IMG/VR virus record: IMGVR_UViG_3300033388_004609
Coordinates: 1-64,000 of that record
Origin: a virus
Length of the DNA: 64,000 nt
Strand: one strand, 5' to 3'
The notes beneath the pieces are model-generated. The model was not told where the DNA came from. It saw only the letters and a program-made list of their open reading frames with translations, and made no database searches. Of the stretch, positions 47,540-58,791 are shown piece after piece. Position numbers and translations under genes: made by a program. How positions within the stretch are numbered: the stretch's first letter is position 1; every line of letters begins with the position of its first letter.

Positions 47540-47926
47540 ATGAAAATATATTATGCAAAATCGAAACAAGTATCAAAACAACAAGCAGAAAAAGAACTTG
47601 AGTTTTTAACAAACACATTTAAAGAATCAACCATCTCTTATTATAAAGATGGACCTTATGATCCTAAAGTATTAGATAGCTCAGATATGCTTATAGTCAC
47701 TTCTACCGACTACAAATTTTTAGTGGGTAGAGGTATAGCAAATCAGGTAATAAGTGCTGAAAACGCCGGAAAACCTATTTATATACTCGATAAAGATAAT
47801 GAAGAAGGATTTTGTTTCAGACTTTATGATGGATATGATATTGTAGACCATAAAATATGGACAGATGGATACGTAAAAATTCATCCTGGAGAAATAATTA
47901 ACATCCATAAATTATCAGTAAAATGA
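47540..47926 (+). CDS. nucleoside 2-deoxyribosyltransferase-like fold protein
   Basis: KIYYA...LDSSDMLIV...GRG...(Q)V..A...GKPIY pattern. Confidence 0.5.
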   Translation: MKIYYAKSKQVSKQQAEKELEFLTNTFKESTISYYKDGPYDPKVLDSSDMLIVTSTDYKFLVGRGIANQVISAENAGKPIYILDKDNEEGFCFRLYDGYDIVDHKIWTDGYVKIHPGEIINIHKLSVK

Positions 47927-48375
47927 CAATAGAAAAAGATAAGTTAAAAGCATTTATTCATAACCTATGGATAAAGAGTCGATACTCATTTAATGAACAA
48001 ACTGCACAAAAAGAATTGGATACTTTAATTGAAGAATTACCTGTTATTCACAAAATAACTACTCTAGAAGATTTATTAAATTATATAACAAATTACTTCC
48101 AACAAGATATATCTAATATATGCTCTTATTCAATGAAAGGAGAATATGTTAGAGTAAAACAAATTTATTGTTATATGGCAAGGCAACTATTTACAAGGAC
48201 TTCTTTAGGTACAATAGGTAAAACAATACGTATTGACTATGACCATTCAACAGTATTACATGGTATAAGAACTATAGAAAATGAACTGAATAATGATAAA
48301 TTTTTACGAAAAGATATAAAATTATTATTTAATGGACTTAAAATAGTGAGAAATACCGAAAGTGAAAAAAAATAA
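47923..48375 (+). CDS. DnaA C-terminal (Bac_DnaA_C) HTH domain protein
   Basis: RVKQI..YMAR....SL..IG....DHSTVLHGIR.IE. Confidence 0.8.
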   Translation: MTIEKDKLKAFIHNLWIKSRYSFNEQTAQKELDTLIEELPVIHKITTLEDLLNYITNYFQQDISNICSYSMKGEYVRVKQIYCYMARQLFTRTSLGTIGKTIRIDYDHSTVLHGIRTIENELNNDKFLRKDIKLLFNGLKIVRNTESEKK

Positions 48376-48841
48376 ACAATGCTCTATTAAAGGTTGTACT
48401 AATATCACATTTTCGAAAGATAAATGTTTATATCATTATAGAATGGGTTTAAAGCCTCTTAGACGAACTCCATTAAAGCATGGAGATACTCGTATTGCTA
48501 AACGATCGAAGAAACGTCAATATGAAGAAGATATACTTTACAAGGAAGCCAAGAGAATACGCAAGAGAGAGCTTATCTTACTAAACAGATGGTTTTGCTT
48601 GTTTTGTGGTAAAAAGCTCCCTCAGTGTCCTACTTGGCACCATACCAGAGGTCGGGATGGAGAACTTTTAATTAAAAAAGAATTTCTTTATCCTGCTCAT
48701 TTTAAATGTCATGTTACTCAATACCATCAATTGCCAATTAGTAAAATACCATGGTGGAATAATTACGTTAAACGTATAAAAGTATGGGATCCGGAATTGT
48801 ATAAAAAGGAACTAATTAAAATAGACAAAGCAAATGACTAA
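48362..48841 (+). CDS. HNH-like nuclease
   Basis: CLFC...WHH..GR...CH...H. Confidence 0.6.
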   Translation: MKKNKQCSIKGCTNITFSKDKCLYHYRMGLKPLRRTPLKHGDTRIAKRSKKRQYEEDILYKEAKRIRKRELILLNRWFCLFCGKKLPQCPTWHHTRGRDGELLIKKEFLYPAHFKCHVTQYHQLPISKIPWWNNYVKRIKVWDPELYKKELIKIDKAND

Positions 48842-50606
48842 AAAACAAAATATAACATCTGACTTCGATATTGATAAAGTACCACCTCAAAATATAGAAA
48901 TGGAAATGAACGTTCTTGGATTAATGATAATGTATAAAGATGTAGCACTAAAATTATGTATGAGAATGAAGCCAGTATATTTCTACATAGATACACATCA
49001 GAAAATATTCCAAGCAATATTGGATCTCATTAATAAAGGTAGAGGAGGAGTTGATCTCTTAACAGTACAAGAACAACTTAAAAAAAATAATAATCTTGAT
49101 ATAATAGGTGGCCCGCATTATTTAACAAGTTTAACCAGCAATGTTACAGGATCAGGAAATGCAGATATTTATTCGATGGTTGTAACAGAAGAATATTGGA
49201 AAAGAGAATTAATAAGAATAGGGAGTGAAATGAATAATAAAGGATTTAATAATTCTTTAGATCCTCTCGATATTGCTGAAGATGCAGAAAAAGAATTGAG
49301 GGAAATATTTAATGTTACCGATACTCACAAAAATTCATTTCACGAAGCTCTCGAATCAACAATTACTGATATTCGAAGAAAAGCACAAGGAGAAACATCA
49401 GCATATCTTAAAACCGGTGATAAAGCTCTTGATAAAGAAGTATCGTTAAGAAGAGGTTTTGTAGTTGTTTTAGCTGGCGCAGAAGGCTCGGGGAAAACAA
49501 AATATGTTATCCATCTTACAAGGGGAATGTTAGATATTAAAGAAAATAATTTGTGCGTGTTATGGTTTACTATGGAAGATGACAGAAAACAAATAATAAG
49601 AAGTTTTATTTCAATGGATACTAAACTAACCACTAAAGAACTACAAAGCATCAATTATACACTTACACAAGGTGACATAACAAAAATAGATGATGTCAGT
49701 CATGGCTTTTTTGAATATGATATAGAATTCATTGATCGGCAAACAAATATTCATCAAATAATATCACAATCAAAAAGATTTGTTGATGAGCGAATAAACA
49801 AAGCACCATTAATCATAATAGACAATTTGGGATTAATAGAGGTTGAATCAGGTTTTACACCTGTCGAAAGAGATGATTATCTTACCGGTAAAATAAAGGA
49901 CTTATCAGCCGAGTTAGATGCTTGTATTATACTTGTACATCATTTTAATAAAGAAGCTTCAAAAAAAGCTAACATACGTGAAGGATATCGACCAAGAAAA
50001 GATCATATAAAAGGATCAACAAGAATACTCGATTATGTTCAACAAGCATTACTTGTAAATTTACCAAGAAAATATAAAGATCTTGTTTACGAAGAGAAAG
50101 ACAAACAAATAATAATGCCTGTACTTACTAAAATGGATGAAGAAGCATTTTTCGAGCATTTCTGGCCACTTAATCCTAAAGGTGATAGCTTTACTAAATC
50201 ATTAGCTGATGTACCTAAAGCTACTTGGAATGAACTTTTAACAACAGTCAGACATAAGAAAACAATTAAAGGAAAGCCTATCACTGCAGGATTTATACTT
50301 AAAAAATATATTGAATATATAAATTTTATTAATGATACAAATGCTGATCGGGAAAAGAAATTCCACAGTCAAAAGATAAGTATTTATCAATTTCTAAAGA
50401 AAGGTAAATACAATGAAAGTTTCGCACCCGAAAAATCATCTAAAAGCTTTTATTTATATGGTGGTAACCCAAAGTTAAAAGATAAAATAGAAGAATTATT
50501 TATTGTTGAAGCTGTTAAAAATAGAGATGGTGGTACTACTGATGACCAAGTGATATTTAGATATTTTGGAGATCTTAATTATAACATATTCACAGAGATC
50601 CCATGA
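48834..50606 (+). CDS. dnaB: replicative DnaB-like helicase
   Basis: PPQNIEME N-domain, GAEGSGKT, IIIDNL, KNRDG motifs. Confidence 0.88.
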   Translation: MTKKQNITSDFDIDKVPPQNIEMEMNVLGLMIMYKDVALKLCMRMKPVYFYIDTHQKIFQAILDLINKGRGGVDLLTVQEQLKKNNNLDIIGGPHYLTSLTSNVTGSGNADIYSMVVTEEYWKRELIRIGSEMNNKGFNNSLDPLDIAEDAEKELREIFNVTDTHKNSFHEALESTITDIRRKAQGETSAYLKTGDKALDKEVSLRRGFVVVLAGAEGSGKTKYVIHLTRGMLDIKENNLCVLWFTMEDDRKQIIRSFISMDTKLTTKELQSINYTLTQGDITKIDDVSHGFFEYDIEFIDRQTNIHQIISQSKRFVDERINKAPLIIIDNLGLIEVESGFTPVERDDYLTGKIKDLSAELDACIILVHHFNKEASKKANIREGYRPRKDHIKGSTRILDYVQQALLVNLPRKYKDLVYEEKDKQIIMPVLTKMDEEAFFEHFWPLNPKGDSFTKSLADVPKATWNELLTTVRHKKTIKGKPITAGFILKKYIEYINFINDTNADREKKFHSQKISIYQFLKKGKYNESFAPEKSSKSFYLYGGNPKLKDKIEELFIVEAVKNRDGGTTDDQVIFRYFGDLNYNIFTEIP

Positions 50607-51132
50607 AAAAACAAACATTTACCAAACATCATTACGGAAATCAGCAAAATTTATCCGATGATGAATATTACTACCAAAAATGGATAGCAGAAAATGACAT
50701 TACTGATAGTGATTATAAAAAAACCACAAATTTTGGATGTGGTAATATATTCTTGCTTGTATTTATTTTAGTAGTTTTGGCTATAATTTCACATTATTGT
50801 TAACTAAAATCAATGTTATGGATTATAATAAACTTGATGAACTATATAAAAAGACAGAAGTACTTCTTAGTGATTGTACAAACTATCTTAATAATGAATC
50901 TGACCACTATAAATCAATTTCTAATCATTTAAAAAACATAATGAAAGAAATTAATATTGCAAGAATAAAATCAATAACTAATAAAATTAATAATGATGAT
51001 TGATAATAAATTAAAACAATGAAAAAATTAGATCGTTTTGCTATCTACGTGATAGCTTGTTTTTTGGGTAGGAATTGCTGGTATATCTTTAGGTATTGGG
51101 ATTAGTTATGTGCTTCTTGTAAAAGACTAATC

Positions 51133-51336
51133 ATGAAAAATTTAATTAAAATTATTATTCTCTTATTTTTTGTTTCGTTAGCTTTTCTATTTCTGATTAT
51201 CCCTATAATAGGATATGGAGATTGGGTTATTACTTGGTTTTGGACAGAACACATAATAATAACTGCTATTTTATTTGGACTTCCATTAGGTTTTATAATT
51301 AATTGGATTGATAAAAAACTTAAAAAACAAATCTAA
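51133..51336 (+). CDS. small membrane protein
   Basis: Two TM helices. Confidence 0.5.
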   Translation: MKNLIKIIILLFFVSLAFLFLIIPIIGYGDWVITWFWTEHIIITAILFGLPLGFIINWIDKKLKKQI

Positions 51337-51354
51337 AACAACGGGAGGATTAAT

Positions 51355-51708
51355 ATGGCACTATCAGCAACAGAATTAAGAATCGGAAATTATCTGGAAT
51401 ATAAGAAACGAATTATACAGTTTGAAATTCAAGATTTTAGGGAAGCTTCAAATAATAGCCAATTTTTAGATTTATTTATAACTCCTATTTTAATAACTAA
51501 GCAGTGGTTAAAAGATTTTGGATTTATAACAGAAAATGGTCAAGATTGGTTTATCCCTGGAAATGCAGTCTACAAATTTTTATTAGAAGGCGCATATATT
51601 TATTATTCAACAAATACGCCCGGCATTAATATAAAAATCAAATATATCCACCGATTACAGAACTTATATTTTACATTAACAGGGAAAGAATTAAAACTAA
51701 AACAATGA
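51355..51708 (+). CDS. conserved phage hypothetical protein
   Basis: ELRIGN...PI.IT..WL..FGF...YIH.LQNLYF.LTG.EL. Confidence 0.65.
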   Translation: MALSATELRIGNYLEYKKRIIQFEIQDFREASNNSQFLDLFITPILITKQWLKDFGFITENGQDWFIPGNAVYKFLLEGAYIYYSTNTPGINIKIKYIHRLQNLYFTLTGKELKLKQ

Positions 51709-52265
51709 AAAAACTATTATTTCTAACAACAGCATTAATCTTATTCTCATGTGAGAAAATGGATTGGGATCATGGAACTAAATACGTTATTAAAAAAGGG
51801 CAACATAAGTCCATTGTAAATATAGTTCCATTGTATGGTGGCGGGATAAAGTCATCTTGTAGATTTGATTCATCTGCGATTTATGATCTCGGCAATGAAA
51901 ACCAGGGTGATTGGAATAAATTAATTGGATTTTCAGAAGATATTAGAATACATGATAATTCAGCACGAATATCTTGGCGTTGGAATATTGAACGAGAACA
52001 AATAGATTTAGGATACTACTGTTATGTGAACAGCGAAGTGATAAAAGGTCATTTATACTGGTTGGATATTAATGAGCCGATTCAGTTTATGATTCGGGAT
52101 GACCAGGAAAAGCAGAACTATGTAATTGATATTTTCGGAAATTATAAAACCGTACATCATGGACAAAAATTTGACGATAAGAAGTTTTGGAGTTATCCCT
52201 GGTTTGGTGGGGATGAGGTTGCTCCACATGACATAACGGTTACTTTTGGCAGATATGAACTTTAG
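51705..52265 (+). CDS. lipoprotein, lectin-like
   Basis: MKKLLFLTTALILFS-C lipobox; NKL.G, PWFGG...APH. Confidence 0.65.
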   Translation: MKKLLFLTTALILFSCEKMDWDHGTKYVIKKGQHKSIVNIVPLYGGGIKSSCRFDSSAIYDLGNENQGDWNKLIGFSEDIRIHDNSARISWRWNIEREQIDLGYYCYVNSEVIKGHLYWLDINEPIQFMIRDDQEKQNYVIDIFGNYKTVHHGQKFDDKKFWSYPWFGGDEVAPHDITVTFGRYEL

Positions 52266-52279
52266 ATAAATTTTAAACT

Positions 52280-52651
52280 ATGAAAACGATAAAATTTAGA
52301 GGCAAAAGAAATGATAATAGGGAATGGGTTTATGGATTATTAACTTTTATTGGAGAGGGATATTCTAAAATATGTGTAATTCTCTCTAATAAATTTGAAG
52401 CAGATTATCGGGTTATACCAAAAACAGTTGGACAACTTATCGGGCCTAAGGATAAGCAAGGCAAAGATATTTATGAAGGAGATATCTATATATGGTATCA
52501 GCCATTAGTAAAAAACGGGAAGCAAATATTCAAAAAACATACTGGTATTGTAGGATACACAATCCCTGAATTACATAAAGTATTATGTATCTCTGAATCC
52601 ATGAGAGGTATTGAAGTAATCGGGAATATTCATGAAAACTCTAAGCCATGA
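52280..52651 (+). CDS. YopX family protein
   Basis: IKFRGK..D..EWVYG...TVGQ..G.KDK.G..IYEGDI...EVIGNIHEN. Confidence 0.85.
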   Translation: MKTIKFRGKRNDNREWVYGLLTFIGEGYSKICVILSNKFEADYRVIPKTVGQLIGPKDKQGKDIYEGDIYIWYQPLVKNGKQIFKKHTGIVGYTIPELHKVLCISESMRGIEVIGNIHENSKP

Positions 52652-52799
52652 TGAAACATAAAGATAAACTATTGTTTATTGATTGGTTAAATAAATATTT
52701 CACATTTGCTGGTAATGATGATTTATACAAACGAAAGGATAATGGGAAAGTAGAGCCGCAGCGGAAATTATACAAGGATTATTTAAGAGCCTATAAATT

Positions 52800-52988
52800 A
52801 TGATGGGGCATAAAGAAAAATTAAAGGGAGGTATGTAATACGATGTAATATTTGCACGTAAAATTTACTGTTATTTGTTTAATAATAGCAAATTGAAAAG
52901 ATTTGCGAAAAATGCAATTAATCGGCGAAATAGGAAGAAATCAAAATTAAAATTAAATCATGAAAAAGAAAATGATTACAGGGTATAG
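52800..52988 (+). pseudogene. small phage gene interrupted by an in-frame TAA
   Basis: MMGHKEKLKGGM*YDVIFARKIYCYL...; TAA at 52836-52838, frame continues for 49 sense codons. Confidence 0.45.
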
Positions 52989-53235
52989 TTTTTATCAAGA
53001 ACCCGATGAGTACGTAATAAAGATTTTTGAATCAGCATCCATAGGTTATTATCATGTAATTATAGATTCCGCATTTCAGAATAATGAGTATTTTCACTTA
53101 ACTAAAGAGGAAATAGAAAACAGATTCGGAGGGATTAAATTATGAAAAATGTAATTAAAAAGTGGGAACTCATTTTAGATAAGGATAAAGGGAAAGATAT
53201 AACTTATGGAAGGAAAGTACTAAAAGAAATACTTA

Positions 53236-53577
53236 ATGACTTCAAAAATGAAAACAGAACTAGGGAAAATAGTAATCGGAATCGATCAAAAGATTTACTT
53301 TGAGTATTATAAATTGAAAAAACCAATCTTTGAAGCTCATCAAAAAGATGTTGCTTATTTTCAAAAAAATGTAGAAAGATATAAAGCTCCAAATATGATG
53401 CTTGAAATGGATAGATACAAAGCCTCAAAACAACAAATTGAGGTTAGTAATTTCTGGCGGGAATTTCCAAGTGGTATTCGTATGATAATCAAAAAAGGGA
53501 TGGTTCATATTAAAGATAATCAGAGATGCAAAGCAGAAGTAAACGGAACAGCAAAAATTATTGAATTAATAAAGTAA
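53236..53577 (+). CDS. hypothetical protein
   Basis: Co-oriented ORF. Confidence 0.5.
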   Translation: MTSKMKTELGKIVIGIDQKIYFEYYKLKKPIFEAHQKDVAYFQKNVERYKAPNMMLEMDRYKASKQQIEVSNFWREFPSGIRMIIKKGMVHIKDNQRCKAEVNGTAKIIELIK

Positions 53578-53924
53578 AGCTATGAAAGAATGGATTATGG
53601 ATAGTCAGCAAGAAGAGGAGATAAGGGAGGAAATAGAGTATTTAGAAGAAAAAAGATATTCTTATGGATGGACGAGGGGAGATGCGGAGCGTTATCATTC
53701 TCTAAAAAAGAAATTAGGTGAAGACGAATAATTGAATTAACTAAAGAATAAATATATGAGCAAGAAACGAAAATGGATAGATGTGGCAAAAGAACAACCG
53801 CCAAAAGGTGCTGTAATTCTTGGTAAAATATTATCAGGTTCTAAGATAATTAAAGTTGAGGTTACAGGTAATATTTGGGATTATGGAATTAGCAAATGGA
53901 AATATTTTGATAACTAACTAAACA

Positions 53925-54314
53925 ATGAAAGTAGAAGATAGAGAAATTATAAGAATGAAGTTTAATAATAAATGTGCTTATTGTGGATGTGAGCTTCAAA
54001 AGGGATGGCACGTTGATGAATTATATCCTGTTATAAGAAACTACAAATGGAACAAGGATAAAACAAGATACATTCATGATGGAACGTATATGAACCCTAA
54101 AAATCTTAATATAGACAATCAAATGCCGTCTTGTCCGAGTTGTAATATTAACAAACACTCTATGACATTAGAAGATTTTAGGCATTTAATTGAGAATTTT
54201 ATTATATCATTAAACAGAGATTCAACACAATATAAAATAGCAAAGAGATATGGATTGATAAAAGAAGAAATTAAACCAGTTGTATTTTATTTTGAAAAAT
54301 TAACTAAAGAATAA
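53925..54314 (+). CDS. HNH endonuclease family protein
   Basis: CAYCG...WHVD...N..PSCPSCN..K; the usual DH is DE here. Confidence 0.8.
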   Translation: MKVEDREIIRMKFNNKCAYCGCELQKGWHVDELYPVIRNYKWNKDKTRYIHDGTYMNPKNLNIDNQMPSCPSCNINKHSMTLEDFRHLIENFIISLNRDSTQYKIAKRYGLIKEEIKPVVFYFEKLTKE

Positions 54315-54318
54315 AATC

Positions 54319-54603
54319 ATGAAAGCAACAGATTTGCTCGAAAAGCTAAACAAACTTAATCGTATATACGGTACAATGAATGCTGAAATTGAGGCATATG
54401 ATGTAGAAATTCGTGTGTCGATTTGGGAAAATTGGCAAAAAAAGAAAGTAAAAATACAACTCAATTTAATTAACCAATTCAAAACAGATGCTTGTTTAGA
54501 TATTGCTTCAAAAGCATGGTTACAGGCATTATCGAAGATGAATGACCCATTAAAGAAACCAGGATTTAAAAAATGGTATGAAAAATACATAAAAAATAAT
54601 TGA
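54319..54603 (+). CDS. hypothetical protein
   Basis: Co-oriented ORF. Confidence 0.5.
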   Translation: MKATDLLEKLNKLNRIYGTMNAEIEAYDVEIRVSIWENWQKKKVKIQLNLINQFKTDACLDIASKAWLQALSKMNDPLKKPGFKKWYEKYIKNN

Positions 54604-55220
54604 ATTGTTATGAAAATAAAATTATCTAAAAGGAAAATGATGAGAGTATTTAGAAAAGGATTGCTAAGAAGTGCTGTTCGGAAAGGGAAAATATTTATTT
54701 GTAAATTACAATTTTCTAATAATTAAAAAAACAAAAAATGGAACCAGAAGAATTATTATTTGAAATTGACCAGCTACGGATAAAGTATAAAGGTCAAAAG
54801 TTTGATATTGAAAAAGGTAGTCCGTATATTGAAGAGTCTTGTGAATTAATTGACCAATTCAAAAAAGAAATAGAAAAAATAAATGTGAAAAATGCAGATA
54901 TAATTTCGAAGACAAAGACAAACTAAGTCCTTATCATGATGTTGAAAAATACTATTCTACTGAATAAAACAACTAACTAAACAATAAAGCTATGGAACAA
55001 ATTAAGGAAATAAATGAATGGTATAATTTGGTACATGTCAAATGGAATAATAAAATTCAACCAGGAACATATTGCCATACAATTCAAGAGGCATTAGAAT
55101 TTATTAAAATATTATCTGAATACAATAGTACTGGCACGTATCACATTATTACTCCGTATTACAAATACAGAGTAGTGAATTTATCCACTATGGAAATTAA
55201 ATTAACTAAACAATGAAAAT

Positions 55221-55532
55221 ATGATAAAAATATTCGAAAAAGAAACTCAAAAGTATTTAAAAACTTGCGGTGTTTCACAAAAAGAAATTGACAAAATTAA
55301 ATTCACAGAATTAAAGAAAGCTGTATTAGCTAAAATTGATACAGTAAGATCATTAATTACTGAAAATGAATTTGGTAAAATCAGCAAATATACTGGTCAT
55401 TCACCTGCAGGTGATGATATGGGTTGTGACAATGATTATATATCTTTTGACGAATTTTTACCAGAAGACAATTACGGAACAGATATTTCCAACGTGTGTT
55501 GCTTATTAGCTGATCTTATAAAACTTAAATAA
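55221..55532 (+). CDS. hypothetical protein
   Basis: SPAGD.MG.DN motif. Confidence 0.55.
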   Translation: MIKIFEKETQKYLKTCGVSQKEIDKIKFTELKKAVLAKIDTVRSLITENEFGKISKYTGHSPAGDDMGCDNDYISFDEFLPEDNYGTDISNVCCLLADLIKLK

Positions 55533-55554
55533 TAACCAAAAATCATTAAATATT

Positions 55555-57204
55555 ATGAAAAAAACAGATCCAAAAACAATTGAAATTCCTCTCTATTTTC
55601 ACAATTACAAGCTCTTAGAAGATAAAAGATTCTTACTTAAAGGTTCAGCTATCTATTTTGTACAAGGACCTAATAGAGTAGGCAAAACAAGCTTTCTTAA
55701 AGCATTAGCAGCTATACAGGGAGCAAAAGAAACAACTAAAGAACCGGTAACACGTGGTAAAGAAGATGGTTATAATGAATTCGTAATACCAGGAGCAGAT
55801 GGTAAAATGTACGTTATTAAACACTCGTTTGACAATAAGAAAAATAAATTCATTGCTATAGATGAAGAAGGAAACAAAATAAGTAGTGTTACTGATATCA
55901 GAAAGATATTTAATTATACTCACTTTACTGTTGATGATTTTTTTAAGTTATCTACTACTGCAGAAGGACGTAGAAAACAAAAAGAAATTATATTACAACT
56001 TTTGACTGATAAGGAAAAAACAGAATATAGCGAACTTGACGATTTAGAAACTGTAAAATACAATGAAAGAACATCTATTAATAGAGATAAAGAAGTACAA
56101 GAAGCTACATTAAAAAACTCTTTAGTAACAGATGATGAATCAAAATCACTTGAAAAACTTGAAGTAACAGAAAAAGAAATTGCCAAATGTGGATTATACA
56201 AAGCAAAACTTCATGAACTGGATAAAGATATATCTTCCTCTGATGCAAGAATTAATAAATTACATGATATCATTCTTCAAATTAAGGAAAATCTAAAACA
56301 ACACGAGGATGAACTTGCTAACGAAGAAAAAACTTTATCTTATAATATGGCTTCTTTAAAAGAAATAGAATCCAAACTTAATATACAACTTATAATTGAT
56401 AATAAGGTTCAGGTTTTTGAGTTCGATGAAATGTATGATCAATTAAATAGTAGTAAAACTTCATTGCAAAATATCGCATATAAAAAAGAAAATTATGATA
56501 AAACTACTGAAAAACTAAAAGAGATTAATTCTAATTGGAGTGAACTCAATGAAAAAATTGACAGGATAAGAAACAGGAAATCTGAAATAATATCTAAATC
56601 TAACCTACCATTAGATAATATATCGTTTGAAGAAGGTTACCTCACAGTAGATGGATTCACGTTTACCGAAGACCAGGTATGTGAAAGTGATGGGATAATA
56701 CTCATAGCTAAAATAATGTCAGAAATTAACCCAGGTCCTATACAACTAATAGGAGATGCTTCAGTACTTGATTTTAACCGCTTAGAAGAACTTAATAAGA
56801 TAGCAGAAGATAAAGGGAAGGTCTTATTTGTTGATGAAGTTGTACGCGATCTTAAAGACATTAGAGTAGTTGGTTATGAAGATATTAAAAACGGGGTAAA
56901 ACAACTAAATACACACGTGGTACCACCAACTACCGAAAAGAAAGAAAATTCTGTTCCTAATAAGCAATCGAAACCAATAGAACCAACCCCTGCCCCTAAA
57001 CCAGAAAAAAACATTTCTGAAGAAAAGTCTGGGAATAGAAATTCTAGTGAAATATTCGAAAAAGCTAAAGAAAAGCACAGACAATCGTTAGGCGAAACTA
57101 TTAAAGAAACTACCGAATATATTAATGATAAAGAAGAAGAACGAAGTAAAGAAAAATCAGAAGAACAATCGGAAGAACAATCAGAGGAAACAGATTTATT
57201 TTAA
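55555..57204 (+). CDS. SMC/SbcC-like ATPase with coiled coil
   Basis: GPNRVGKTS Walker A, long coiled coil, degenerate C-terminal ABC half. Confidence 0.75.
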   Translation: MKKTDPKTIEIPLYFHNYKLLEDKRFLLKGSAIYFVQGPNRVGKTSFLKALAAIQGAKETTKEPVTRGKEDGYNEFVIPGADGKMYVIKHSFDNKKNKFIAIDEEGNKISSVTDIRKIFNYTHFTVDDFFKLSTTAEGRRKQKEIILQLLTDKEKTEYSELDDLETVKYNERTSINRDKEVQEATLKNSLVTDDESKSLEKLEVTEKEIAKCGLYKAKLHELDKDISSSDARINKLHDIILQIKENLKQHEDELANEEKTLSYNMASLKEIESKLNIQLIIDNKVQVFEFDEMYDQLNSSKTSLQNIAYKKENYDKTTEKLKEINSNWSELNEKIDRIRNRKSEIISKSNLPLDNISFEEGYLTVDGFTFTEDQVCESDGIILIAKIMSEINPGPIQLIGDASVLDFNRLEELNKIAEDKGKVLFVDEVVRDLKDIRVVGYEDIKNGVKQLNTHVVPPTTEKKENSVPNKQSKPIEPTPAPKPEKNISEEKSGNRNSSEIFEKAKEKHRQSLGETIKETTEYINDKEEERSKEKSEEQSEEQSEETDLF

Positions 57205-57225
57205 TAATTTAATAAACATACAATT

Positions 57226-57858
57226 ATGAAAGGAACAATTGATAAAATTGAATTTAATAGAAAATTTGAAACAAACACCGGTAGAATAATCTTCTATTTT
57301 AATATTTGGATTACTGATGAAACAGGAAAAGAATTAAACGGACAATTCTCAACAGTTAAAGAGGATCAGGATAAGTTTATTATCGGCAAAGAATATGAAC
57401 TCACAATAGAAGTTAAATCTACTAAAAACGGAGAATATAATTTCTTTAATAAAGCAAAAACGGACAAGAATCCTAAGTCTCCGGTAAAAGGTAAAGCATG
57501 GAAAAGAGATGTGTCAGTAAGAAGGTCAATCATTGCTCAATCATCACTTGATTATGCCGTAGCTGCTCTTAATGCTATCGTTAATACTTGGCCAGAACTT
57601 GGAATACAAGATAAAATAACCAGCTTATCTCAAATTACTGGTATAGCTAATAATATGATGAAATGGGTAGCTATTAATTCAGGAGCCAATGAACAAATGG
57701 AAATTATTTGTCAATCATCATTAAAGAAAGCTGTTGCTGTTATTCCCATCAAAAGCTTAAATATTAAATCTACCGATGATATCCTTAAAGCAGCTGGAGA
57801 ATTTAAGAAAATTGCACTAGCTGGTGTTGAAAAATTAACTCCACTAATTCCGGAATAA
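57226..57858 (+). CDS. putative ssDNA-binding/recombination protein
   Basis: OB-like N-terminus, duplicated I..QSSL..AV motif; between ATPase and nuclease. Confidence 0.4.
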   Translation: MKGTIDKIEFNRKFETNTGRIIFYFNIWITDETGKELNGQFSTVKEDQDKFIIGKEYELTIEVKSTKNGEYNFFNKAKTDKNPKSPVKGKAWKRDVSVRRSIIAQSSLDYAVAALNAIVNTWPELGIQDKITSLSQITGIANNMMKWVAINSGANEQMEIICQSSLKKAVAVIPIKSLNIKSTDDILKAAGEFKKIALAGVEKLTPLIPE

Positions 57859-58772
57859 TGGATTTTATAAAACATCCAATCAGTCAATCATTAATAAAGA
57901 AAGTACTTTATAATGGTGAAGAAAGAGAGGTTTGTCCTTATCAATTATATAATGTTGACATTCTTCATAAATTTAAAAGAGAAACTTCATTACCTATGCA
58001 TTGTGGCAATTACTTTGAAACACAATGCATAGGTTCCAGTGCTGGTGGTAAAGCAACAAATGATTTACCTAGAAAACTTCTTAATAAAAATCAACAAACA
58101 GAAAATAGAGTACGCGAAAGAGAAGGGAAACCCTTACTTAAAGGGGAGAAAAGAAGTGATCAATTACGTATTGACGAACAAATATTAAGATTTAAGTCGT
58201 TATGTACAAAATATCAAATAATAGTAGCTAATAATAATGTTCAAATTCCTATTATTATACCATGGGAAAAAGATAAAAATATACTTCTTACCATGCAACT
58301 TGATATATTTCCTACTCCAATATTCTATAAAAAAGAATTACATATTGCAGTAATAGATCTTAAGCTTACTGGTGATCTTAATTCGTCCTATGGAGAATAC
58401 TGTTACGCTACTCCTGAACACTTAGACCTTATACAAGGGAAAATGTATCATTATGGAGTAAGACATATAGATCATGCTCTAAATCCCCATTTAAACAATG
58501 TACTATCTCCTGATGTTGAAGAAGTGATTAAACAAAGCTGTTTATTCTTTTTATGGATATTCAATTATAAGAAACCAACATTAGAAGATAAATTTATTGA
58601 AGTTGTTTGGGATAAAACAAAAGAAGCAGAACTACACGAGAGTATCCGAAAAACAATATCTATGCTTGAAATGTTTGAAGCACAAGCATGGCCATTAGTA
58701 CCATCATATAACCGATGTAAAAAATGTCCTATAAAAGAATGTGAAGGTAGAGAATATTATGAGGCAATATAA
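57858..58772 (+). CDS. PD-(D/E)XK Cas4-like exonuclease
   Basis: CP...G..F, LD...IDLK, Q...Y, C..CP...C Fe-S pattern. Confidence 0.75.
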   Translation: MDFIKHPISQSLIKKVLYNGEEREVCPYQLYNVDILHKFKRETSLPMHCGNYFETQCIGSSAGGKATNDLPRKLLNKNQQTENRVREREGKPLLKGEKRSDQLRIDEQILRFKSLCTKYQIIVANNNVQIPIIIPWEKDKNILLTMQLDIFPTPIFYKKELHIAVIDLKLTGDLNSSYGEYCYATPEHLDLIQGKMYHYGVRHIDHALNPHLNNVLSPDVEEVIKQSCLFFLWIFNYKKPTLEDKFIEVVWDKTKEAELHESIRKTISMLEMFEAQAWPLVPSYNRCKKCPIKECEGREYYEAI

Positions 58773-58791
58773 TCAATAATAACAAAATATT

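Noticed and set aside
57858-58772. CRISPR-Cas system
   Set aside because: Stand-alone Cas4-like nuclease in a recombination module; no array seen.
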